Of a stretch of 64,000 nucleotides of DNA, positions 53,066 to 64,000 are shown in pieces. Numbering within the stretch: the stretch's first letter is position 1; every line of letters begins with the position of its first letter. Under the pieces are notes generated by a model that worked only from the letters and a program-made list of their open reading frames with translations, was not told the DNA's origin and searched no databases. Source of the DNA: Octopus vulgaris. Taxonomy: Eukaryota. Location of the stretch: NCBI GenBank assembly GCA_951406725.2, contig OX597815.1, positions 29,822,001-29,886,000 of the forward strand, written 5' to 3'. A program made the position numbers and the translations under genes.

Positions 53066-54236
53066 AAAAGAACTTTGCAGTTTTAAGAAAGTGGAAAACA
53101 TATCGGACAATATGTTCCTAGATATTCAAACTAATGAATGGCCACAACTGGAATGTTTTGGGTTATAACAACGGTTTGCTCGGTCAGAGATAAATCTGTG
53201 CTAAACAAGAACTGCGACGACGATGACGACGACGACGACAGAAACATCGGCAACAACAACAATAATGGGAAGAAAAACAATAATTCTAACAACGACGTCA
53301 ACAGTAACAACAACTACAATAAAATTAGCATCGATACGAAAGAGGGAAGTTAATAAGTTACTAACCAAATCATTTTCCAAGAAGCTAACCTTTCCTTGCA
53401 GAATTGAACTTAATTACGGCGAAGTCATAAATATTATATATAAACATGAAACAATCAATCGTCTATATGGAACGCTTAATATTTTTTTATGGAAATGACA
53501 ATCATTTGAGACTCCTGTCTATCAACTGAGCAGAATATTTTAAATTCTGAACATCATGCTTATGACAGTTGCCTGTAGCAATGTTGAAAGAGATTTAAGG
53601 CTCCGAATTTCACGACCTGGAGAACCTTGGACGCAATTTAATGCATAAACTTGGTTTGATAAAATTGCGCGTCAGTTGGGTGCGGCAAGGTTCATCGAAG
53701 ATGTAAAGTCAAATTCGTCAGTTGATATTTCATTTTGTAGTTTTACATGAGACTGAATATCTTGTATGCAAATAAGTCTAAACGCTCTGAGATGTGTTGG
53801 TGTGGTTCTTTAGATTCGTGTCAACTCTGATAAAGGAAGACCTATGATCAAAGGTATTTCAGCCACGACTATCCCTCTTTATTTCAATCAATGTATCTTG
53901 GACATTATATAATGTATCTTCCATTTTTAAGACGGTAGATTATGACCAAAGATTTTCTCGTCGTGTTCAATTTATCTTTTATTCAAATTAAAAATGGTAG
54001 GATGTTATTTGAAGAACAGAAGTAGCAACGGTTTAGAATATCTCTGGTAATATGCAAGTGAGTTTTTCGATGATACAGAGGAGAACGATAACTTCTAACA
54101 GTGTTGTCCAGATTAGCTTAACATCGACAGACCTGGGAAAAGATTTCAAAGAAGCAGTCTGCATAATAGATGCACATGTGGCAGGATCACACGTATGAAA
54201 CTTACCAAAGTGAGTAACTTGACTTCTCAGAAATTA

Positions 54237-54669
54237 GGATCTTTTCGGTTTGAACGGCAGTTTTTAACATAATTTCTAGGTAACTAAAAAATTGTTAACT
54301 TCGTATACTGGTAGAATGTGTTTATAAAACATCTTTTTCTCTTGGCTTTATTGAGAAAATTCTATAGTTTGTAAGATATTTGTTGTTTTTTTTCTTCAAT
54401 ATCTGCAATTTCAATCAATCAGTGACGTCTATTGAGTTAAAAAGCATTCTGTGCCGTATGAATATGTCCCTCGTTTAAGAAACAGATTGGGTTTATTTAC
54501 ATTTGTGAAGAAAAAAAGATACCCTTCCCCCCACCCCTAACCCTAAACCTAACTAACCCTAACCCTAAAAGAGATTGAAATGTAATAGATCGATTCTAGG
54601 GTCATAATTATGGGTGACAATTTCATATGACACCGCTAGAAAAAACTGCCGTTCAAACCGAAAAGATCC
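54237..54669. mobile_element. MITE with ~29-bp TIRs, 8-bp TSD and internal telomere-like (CCCTAA)n
   Basis: GGATCTTTTCGGTTTGAACGGCAGTTTTT / AAAAACTGCCGTTCAAACCGAAAAGATCC; TSD AGAAATTA at 54229-54236 and 54670-54677. Confidence 0.92.
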
Positions 54670-54784
54670 AGAAATTATTCTCGCAATTAGTAGAAACACT
54701 CCCTTTAAGTTTATTTAAAATCTGAATACATCAAGCAAGAGTAGCAACACAAATAATATACGTCAATCCAAATTTCTATCCTTT

Positions 54785-55400
54785 ATCTTTTATTTGTTTC
54801 AGTCATTGGACTACTGCCATGCTGGGGTACACCTCGATGAAATTTAGTCGAATGAATCGACCTCCGGACTTATTTTTTAAAGCTTGGTAATTATCTATCA
54901 GTTTCTTTTGCCGAACAACTATGGTACAGGGATTCAAGCATACCAACAGTGTTCCGTTGATCATAGCTGAGGGAATGCTAGTAGTAGTAGCCAGTAGAGG
55001 TGAACGTAAAATAAGCGTGGTGGATCTCCTAACTTTGACAGGTTCATCGGAACTTAGTATGATGTGGTACATACGCTTATTACGTAAGTTATAGTTGTCC
55101 AGAAACAGCTGTAGAGATAAGGCTTTACGTAGTTCATCTGTTTTCGGTGATGGGAAGAAACACAGACACAAAGGTATACACACACGCACACGTATGCACA
55201 TATACATACTTACACACACACACACACACACACAAATATACATATACGACAGACATTTGTCAGTTTCCGTTTACCAAATCCGATCACAAGGGTTCCGTCG
55301 GCTCGAGGTTATAGTGGAAAGCACTTCCCAAGGTTCCGTACAGTAAGATTGATCTCTGAAGCTTATGTTTGGGAAGCAAACTTCTTTCCTCACAGTCACG
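54785..55400 (-). mobile_element. Old family B SINE interrupted by a locally duplicated segment
   Basis: Tail at 54785-54945, head at 55150-55400, insert at 54950-55126. Confidence 0.75.
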
Positions 55401-55886
55401 CTTAAATAAAGGCAAACTACATGCAATTCAATCTCGCTTTGAAAGCCAGCTAATGAAAGTAAAGGATATATTTGTACCTGTATTTCAAAGGGCCAGCTTT
55501 GTCATACTGAATCTCCTTGTGAACTACGTGAAGGGTACATGTGTCTGTGGAGTGCTCAGCCACATACACTTTAATTTCACGAAAAGGCTGTTCCGTTGAT
55601 AATAGCCGATGGAGCGCTAGTAGTAGTAGTAGCCAGTAGAGGTGAACGTAAAATAATTGTGGTGGATAACCTAATTGTGACTCGTTCATCGGAACTTAGT
55701 ATGATGTGGCACATACGTGTGACATCATACGCTTATTATGTGAGTTATAGTTGTCCTGAAACAGCTGTAGGGATAAGGCTTTTCGTTATTCTTTTTCTGT
55801 AATCTGTGTAATATATACTTCAAGACTGCCTGTCTATCACTTTCTCTCCGTGTTTCTGTCTGTCTGTCCGTCAGTCTATCTCTCTA

Positions 55887-55888
55887 TT

Positions 55889-55944
<56 letters not shown>

Positions 55945-55948
55945 TCAT

Positions 55949-55995
<47 letters not shown>
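55887..55995. repeat. (CTTT)n microsatellite
   Basis: Direct reading. Confidence 0.95.
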
Positions 55996-56029
55996 CTCTC
56001 TCTCACACATACAGCGTGGCTGAGTTGTT

Positions 56030-56170
56030 CCAGAGTACAGTAGGGTTCCCCACACCCCTGCCGAACCCTCGTGGTGCTTTAGATGTTTTCGTTTAATAAA
56101 CACTCACAATGCTCGGTCTGGGAATCGAAACCGCGATCCTACGACCTAACCACTGGGCCATTGCGCCTCC
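56030..56170 (-). mobile_element. SINE family D fragment
   Basis: GGGAATCGAAACCGCGATCC..AACCACTGGGCCATTGCGCCTCC. Confidence 0.8.
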
Positions 56171-56172
56171 AC

Positions 56173-56206
<34 letters not shown>

Positions 56207-56266
56207 TGTATGTATGTATGTATGTATGTATGTATGTATGTGTGTATGTATATATGTATGTCCCTG

Positions 56267-56312
<46 letters not shown>

Positions 56313-56405
56313 TTAATCAACGGACATACTAAGAATATCTACCTGTTGGAAATAACAGTCAAAACTCTATCTAATTTATTTTCGCGTGAATTATTTGCTC
56401 CGTAT

Positions 56406-56480
<75 letters not shown>

Positions 56481-57309
56481 CATACATGTGTGTATGTGTG
56501 TGTATATATATATACATATACACACAAATAGGTGAGTATGAGTAAGTAGACGAAAGGAAGTAGTATTTAACAACACGTTTGGTTGGATTTGCATTCACTT
56601 ATTAAACAGGTTGTCTGTTACCTTCTAACTCACAAAACTTTAGCTAGAGTGGAGTTAGTCAAACCTTTTATTACACACATGCGCAAACACTCTCACACAC
56701 ACATTCACACACAGATATAGATAAGTAGATAGACAGTGGGAGAGAGTGAGAGAGGGAGGGAGAGAGAGAGAGAGAGAAGAGAGAGAGTGAGAAAGAGGAT
56801 GAATAGGGAGATACTGATTATGAATAGAGTGCAGGAAAATGACCTTATAAATCCCACCACAACAAAACACATTCTACTTGGTCGTATTATTGATGTTCAT
56901 AATCCGGATTTTACATTCCATCTATTGTTATATATACTGATCACATTATAGTCATGTCAACTCATTAAATAATGCTTCGCTGAGAAGGCCAAATAAGAGA
57001 GAAACTTGCTCGTTGCCTTCAACAGTTATATTAGCAGCTATTATTGAAGTAATCTCTTTCAGTTGATATTTTTAGATCATAAAAACACACATCTTGAGGA
57101 TTTAACTGAAATTGCTTCTTTCTAATTTAGTTTGTTCTGTATCTAATTAGAGAAAGTGGAAATAAACATTTTATAATATAATGGAATTAGATGAAACTTC
57201 ATGATAAGCATTTTAGTAGATACCAATGAACAATATTTATATATAGAATGAGAGTACAACGAAATGTAATGAAGGAAAGCGATTAAACATAGGAAAACAG
57301 AGAAATTGC

Positions 57310-57341
<32 letters not shown>

Positions 57342-57537
57342 TGTATACATATACATTCACTTACATACGATGTTTCAAAGATTTTCCAAAGATTCTTTAA
57401 ATGAATATATGCATACACTTGGTTGTGTGCATCTACAAAGACACATATACGAAAAAGTAATTATGCACACACAGATACGCGCACCTAAACACTAAAGATA
57501 GAAGTTTACACAGAGCATAAATACGGGAGCATACACC

Positions 57538-57590
<53 letters not shown>

Positions 57591-57837
57591 TATGTTATAT
57601 ATCATAAAACTATTTCATATATACAACACCATCTCTTCGGTTATCTGGCTATTTGAAAACGCTATGAAAAAATACCGTTAAATAAATATTTTTTCATAGC
57701 GTTTTCAAATCCAGATACCGATGATTTCCACTTCGGCATGACTCACAAAGAATGTAACATATTATTGTATAGATAAATTTCCTCTATTTACATAATATTG
57801 AGGTCTCTTTCTTTCTTTTGTTATCTTACCGTTTTAT

Positions 57838-57899
<62 letters not shown>

Positions 57900-57904
<5 letters not shown>

Positions 57905-58103
57905 TCCAAACATGAAAACACTAAGAGAAAACACAACAACGCGTGGACGTGGAACAAGTATAGTATTATTGGACGCTCAGGAAAGAAGGAAAGAAGAAGG
58001 GTTTAAAGTTTCGAGCGAAGCTCTTCGTCAAGAACAATGGAAAAGGAAATATCCAAAGAAGGGAAGACGGAGGAAAAAAAATCGCCAACGGTACACACGC
58101 GGT

Positions 58104-58107
<4 letters not shown>
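57900..58107 (-). mobile_element. Penelope-like solo pseudo-LTR in (TA)n with mutated hammerhead
   Basis: Homologous to 39443-39660; minus TTGACGA-AGAGCTTCGCTC-GAAACTTT at 58001-58035. Confidence 0.72.
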
Positions 58108-58153
<46 letters not shown>

Positions 58154-58763
58154 AACATACTAACTCAACGACATACTTACAAATCTCTTTCGTAAGTCGA
58201 ACAGTTTGTTGCTTTGTTAGCGACCGGCTAGAATTCCATTGAGAAAAATTTAAAACTAAAACTAAAAAAAAAACAACATATTTATACATATACATGCATA
58301 CATTCATATAGAACGACACATACAGATGCACACTAATACACACATAATATTAGTGGTGTGAATAAATATTTTGTAGACATAACGTACATATTTCTTGTAC
58401 GACAAGTTTTTTCAGTTATCATGTCTCTCTACCTATCTGACTTTCTGCCTGTTGGGTCTCTGTTTGTCTGTCTGTCTGTTTGAATGCACATATATTTATG
58501 TATCTATATGTATGTACACACACGCACAAACACACACATACATACACATATTAATCTTGTATCCTCTAGCAAGTGTATTTTAAATGATCATTCTGTATGG
58601 CAGCACTCCAGAGGTTACGGAAGAGACATAGAGGCTTTCAAGTCTAGTGCAACTGAAGCAATTCATATGTTCATACATACATACATACATACATACATAC
58701 ATACATACATACACACACATACATACATGCATACATCCTTCCATACATACAGACATGTATGTA

Positions 58764-58820
<57 letters not shown>

Positions 58821-59321
58821 CAAGTTGCTCTAAGATAAAAATTTCAGCTATTTGTCTTACAAATTCAGACAAGCAAATCCATAATTCAGATGGATGTCAA
58901 GAGATATTATTCCATTCAAATAACCACATGATTATATTAAGACATAGATGATAAAAATATAGAAATATAAGAATATAAACAAAAAACATAAAAGTAGAAA
59001 ATGTAGTTAGAATAGATTAAAGGAGGCGACTGAAAGGATCAGTTCAAACCTACGGCCGTTTCAGAAAAGTTGTAAGGGCTCTAGCGTCTGCCACACGAGC
59101 ACCAACAATTTGACCTCTTTGAAAGTCCGATTGATCTGTCATTTTAATGAATTTTAATTACGTTTTTGTGATGATATCTGAAAAGAAACAGCAATCTTAG
59201 CAAAACATATTAAGCAACACTAATAAAAAACAAAAAAAATAAATAAGCTTTTGACGGTTTTATAGATATTTCAAAATTATGATGCTATGACGCTAGGTGT
59301 TTCCATCATTTTGTCCAACCC

Positions 59322-59349
<28 letters not shown>

Positions 59350-59352
<3 letters not shown>

Positions 59353-59505
59353 CGACGGGCCTCTTTCAGTTTCTGTCTACCAAATCCACTCACAAGGTTT
59401 TGATCGGCCCAAGGTTACAGTAGAAGACACTTGCCCAAGGTGCTTCACAGTGGGACTGAAGCCGGAACCATATGGTTGGAAAGCAAGCTTTTTATCACGC
59501 AACAA
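59350..59505 (-). mobile_element. Family B SINE 5' half
   Basis: CTACCAAATCCACTCACAAGG..AGAAGACACTTGCCCAAGGTG..GTGGGACTGAA. Confidence 0.85.
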
Positions 59506-60119
59506 CAGTATATCTGTGTGTGGCCAGGAAATTCAACTCACAATCATAGTGTCGTGGGTTCAATTCCTGAACCAGAGAGTGCGTTTTGCTTTTGAGCAGG
59601 GCACCATTTTTCACGTTGATCAGTCTCTTCAGCTAAAAATGAATACCAGCGCAGTATTAGCGCAGCTCTCTCACTCTCCCCAGCTCTCACTTTCAAGCGA
59701 GCTGCTGGGTCAAAAGGCGAGATAGTACCCATACTATAGCTTTTTATCTCTTCGCCAGCCGAAAAAGAATCACAACAGCCAAAACAAAACAAAACCAAAA
59801 AGAAAGACAAAATAGAAATCAATCTGATTATTTGAAGACTTGTTAGATTTTCATCAGAGAAACAATACTCGTTCTCTGTAATCGGAAAGAATAGAAGTTT
59901 ATTGCTATTTATTGTATATTCAAACTAGGAAATTAGGGCGCAGTTGAAAAAAATGTATAATCAAATTTGCACAACAGTGCGCCCGCTTGCAACGTGGCTA
60001 ATTAGTTAATTAATATTGCACTAGACGCGTTCTTTTAGAAACATTCTTGTAATATAATTACCCCAGACAACCAAGTCTAGTGTGAGTTTATGGTGGTACA
60101 TACATACATACATGCATGC

Positions 60120-60206
<87 letters not shown>

Positions 60207-60269
60207 CGCGGGTGTGTGTTATGTGTGGTGTGGGTTATATATGTGCAAATATATAAATGTATCTATCTC

Positions 60270-60330
<61 letters not shown>

Positions 60331-60375
60331 ATATATATATACACACTCACACACACACAAACACGCACACACATA

Positions 60376-60426
<51 letters not shown>

Positions 60427-60431
60427 CACAT

Positions 60432-60496
<65 letters not shown>

Positions 60497-61164
60497 TATA
60501 TATGTGTGTGTGTGTGTATGACACCATTCATTTCACAGTGTCAAAATGAAAGGAATAATCTCGGGTGGATTTACTGCTAAAGAATGTCTTTATGGTGTGA
60601 ATAAGCTGAACAATGTAGCCCCCTTTTTTTTATACTCATTGCAATATGGGAAAAATACAAGCAAACCAAAAACAGAAGGAAAAACAAGACGCAATCATTG
60701 ATAAATTGCTTCTTTGGGAAATGGGTAGGTGGGTGCGTTGTTATTCAGTTTCTCAATACGGTTTGCCGCCAATGACGTCACTTCATCTTCTATGAAATTA
60801 CCAATACTATCATCACGATGTCAGGCGAAAAAACATCGGTTAATGGCAATATTTCCATGCAACAGCAGTAGCAGCTGTTACGAGAAAGCAATTCCCATTC
60901 CAAATCCACCGTTACTCCCCCACCACAAAAACTACCACCAAAACCAACCAACACCACCACCACCAACACCACACCACACCGCCACCGCCGCCGCATCCAT
61001 CGTATCCGCCGCCTCCGATGCCAGGAACTGCCAGCACCAGTTGCTACAACTGTTACTGCTACCGCCACGACCACATTTATATCACATCTGTTATCAACAC
61101 GAGCCTTAGTTCATCTTCGCCAAAAGCCACCACATTTGCTATCACAATCTAACGGGGGAGGGAT

Positions 61165-61565
61165 GTTCTTTTACTTGTAGCTTGACTTGCTAAACAGAAG
61201 TGTTAAATCTCTCTTAAATCCCTTCATACCATCTTTTAAAAAGATACACTATTTGGAAAATTTCAGGAATGTCATTCGCTATAGATCTATTTTCTCAAGG
61301 TTGAACATGCCCTACTGTTCGATAAAACTCACTTGATCGGAACAAACCTAGAGGTAAATAATAACATCATACAGTCGTGTTTGACTTGCTCGAAATAGCG
61401 GTCAAATCGCCCTTAAATTACACATTTCTAAGAGAAAAAGGTACGTTAGAGGGCATACTTGTGGGTTACTCTGCATATAGGAAAAAAGGAGATGGTCATT
61501 CTTAGAATGTCTTTGACAGTAGGCCTGACTTTTTGATTGAGGCTGACTTGATGGTAAACAACGGC
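61165..61565 (+). mobile_element. Two degenerate copies of a further SINE 3' domain (family F; also ~52700, 53820-53940 on minus, 62730-62920)
   Basis: GAAATAGC.G.CAAATC..C.TAAAT.ACAC and GATGGTC..CTGGAA..TTTGA..AGGCCTG motifs recur. Confidence 0.55.
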
Positions 61566-61679
61566 AATGTTAGCGCTACAAAATCAACACCAATAACATC
61601 ATCATGTACAATGTCACCATTAGAAACATTACTACTACAATCGTCTTAACACTAATATAACCGCCACCACTAATACTAG

Positions 61680-62115
61680 TTTCAAATTTTGGCACAAGGC
61701 CAGCAATTTCGGAGGAGAGGAGAAATCGATTAAACCAACTCCAGCGCTCAACCGCTACTTATTTTATCGAGCCCGAAAGGATAAAAGGGAAAAGTTGACC
61801 TTGGCGGAATTTGAACTCAGAACGTAAAGTCGGAAGAAATGGTGGTAAACATTTGCCCAGCATGCTAATGAGTCTGCCAGTTCACCGTTGTCACTAATAC
61901 TGATTTCAAATTGTGGCAGAAAGCCAGTAATTTTGACGGAGCAATAAGTCAGTTGCATCAACCTCTATATTCAACTGGTACTTATTTTATTGACCCTGAA
62001 ATGATAAAAAGCGATGCCAACCTCGGCGGAATTTGAACTCAGAACATTAAAACGGGACGAAATGACGCTAAGTATGTTACACGGCGTGCTAGCGATTCTG
62101 CCAGCTCGTCGCCTT
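61680..62115 (-). mobile_element. Two tandem family A SINEs
   Basis: GGCACAAGGCCAGCAATTT..GGCGGAATTTGAACTCAGAAC..CTGCCAGCTCG occurs twice. Confidence 0.85.
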
Positions 62116-63454
62116 CGCTTCCACTAATATTACCATCACAAATACCATTACACCAACCCATAGCTACCATTACGCCGTTCAAGAATTTGGATCTGGAGAT
62201 CTCCATTTCCAGCGACTTCGAGGGCCACCTCCCAGTGGTGTCGGGCGTCAACGAAGAGCCCTCGACTACAACAAGACGACAAAAGTTACTTTTTTCTTAT
62301 TTTCCCAAGGTCTGGGGTCTCCCGCCCCTAAGCCCTAGACCATCACCTAAACACCTTTACCCGTCTTGTTGCTTAACAACCACAACAACAACTACCATTA
62401 CAGCTGTAACACAAAATCATTATTAACAACAACAATTGCTTTCACCATTACAAACACCACCCAACACCATCATCAGCAGCATCGTCGTCACCATCATTAC
62501 CAGCAGCATATCTATAACTACCACCATCAACACCACTGTTACCTTCACAAAGACCACTGGCATCATTCCCCATCCCCACTGTTTCACCATTACAAAGTAT
62601 AACACCATCGTCATTTTTTCTTTATTTAAAGATGCTTTTGTCGCTGCTAATACTACAGTTGCTGTTCTTTATCTTCTGTTTCTTAAAATTTTTTTTGGTA
62701 TATATATCAAGTATATATTGTGGGCATTTAACCTACTAGAAATAGTAGTCAAATCTCTATGAAAGCATACCATACAGCCTTGAGAAAATAAAAGGGCACA
62801 GTAGATAATGTAATGATCCTACAGCAGATAATGTGATGATAAGGTCTAAAAAGACGAGATGGTCGCAGCTGGAACACCATTGATCAAAAGCCTGCTCAAT
62901 CATAGTTGACCTAGGACAAAGCAGCAACAGCATAAACGACCTCATCGCTATCACTGCATCTACTTTTCATTAGGAATTGGTGACAGATTTCTCACTGTCA
63001 TCATCGTTAAATCACGTGATATCAATTTTCCAAGCGGAGATGATAAACAGCTGAATCCAAGAGGAAAAAATTAGGGAAGATGGGAGGAAAAGTAAGGGAA
63101 AAAACAGTAAACCCTGCCCCTCCCCCACAAAAAAAAACAACACATAACACAACAGGAAGCAAACAAAAAGGGACTGGCAACAGTAGAAATGTTACCAGTA
63201 AAGCATGCATACATACACATACATACATACATGCATACATACATACATAAATACATACATAAATACATACATAAACACACAGACACACACACATAGGTAG
63301 GTATGTATGTGTATATATATTTTATATGTGTATATATATATATATAATACATATGCATACATTTGTCTATATGCATGTATATTATACATGTATATATTTA
63401 TTTATGTGTGTGTTTATGTATATATAATATATATACGCGTGTGTATATGTATAC

Positions 63455-63518
<64 letters not shown>

Positions 63519-63667
63519 CAAAGTGGAGTTGTGGGGTATATATATATATATATTTTACTATATTTACATATACATATATATGTGCGTGTGTATGTGTGTG
63601 TGTGCGTATAAATTCATAGTCACGCATGTATGTTATATGTGTGTGTTTATGTGTTTGTGTATAAAGC

Positions 63668-63721
<54 letters not shown>

Positions 63722-64000
63722 ATATATATATGCGTGTGTATATGTGTGTGTGTATATATATATATATATGTATATGTATATAAAGTAACAAGAGAAAACA
63801 CTCACCAATGACAACAACAACGGCGTTAGAACAAAATCAAACTATGAACGCATAACTATGCAAAATTTCCCTCAATTCATAAAGGATAAGCAAAAGACAA
63901 TATTAATCTTTCGAACTCGATAATAACCTTTAAAGATGTCTACGCTTAATTCATTTATAAAACTGATGTTACTCAGATAATCTGCAGCCTCATACACCGC

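Noticed and set aside
53629-53675. miRNA-like hairpin CGCAATTT..AAATTGCG
   Set aside because: Stem short and irregular; no recognised mature miRNA.
60769-60780. CCAAT overlapping a perfect CRE palindrome TGACGTCA
   Set aside because: A single short motif could occur by chance in 64 kb; no supporting TSS evidence.
60790-61110. Pro/His/Gln-rich ORFs (also 62366-62762, 53131-53353)
   Set aside because: Degenerate CAC/CAA/CAT trinucleotide repeats.

Overview
AT-rich, extremely microsatellite-rich eukaryotic DNA. The SINE families and the (TA)n/(CA)n/(ATGT)n density point to a coleoid cephalopod, most likely Octopus (inferred by recognition, not by search). There is no intact protein-coding gene, and almost all listed ORFs are simple-repeat artefacts. 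The window is intronic or intergenic and holds many tRNA-derived SINE copies, decayed LINEs (CR1/L2-like, RTE-like), decayed Penelope-like elements (PLEs) of at least two lineages, broken Tc1 and mariner transposases, three MITEs and a non-autonomous Helitron. The most notable signal is a set of hammerhead-ribozyme (HHR) motifs in short PLE pseudo-LTR fragments sitting inside (TA)n tracts. One is a fully canonical type I hammerhead (40324-40424) whose 3' half is masked by an adjacent perfect 71-bp inverted copy. Also seen are several (TA)n-embedded fold-back inversions, a structured unique GC-rich island near 28.1-28.5 kb, and weak candidates for minus-strand host-gene exons. All structures and coordinates were read by eye and need computational confirmation.
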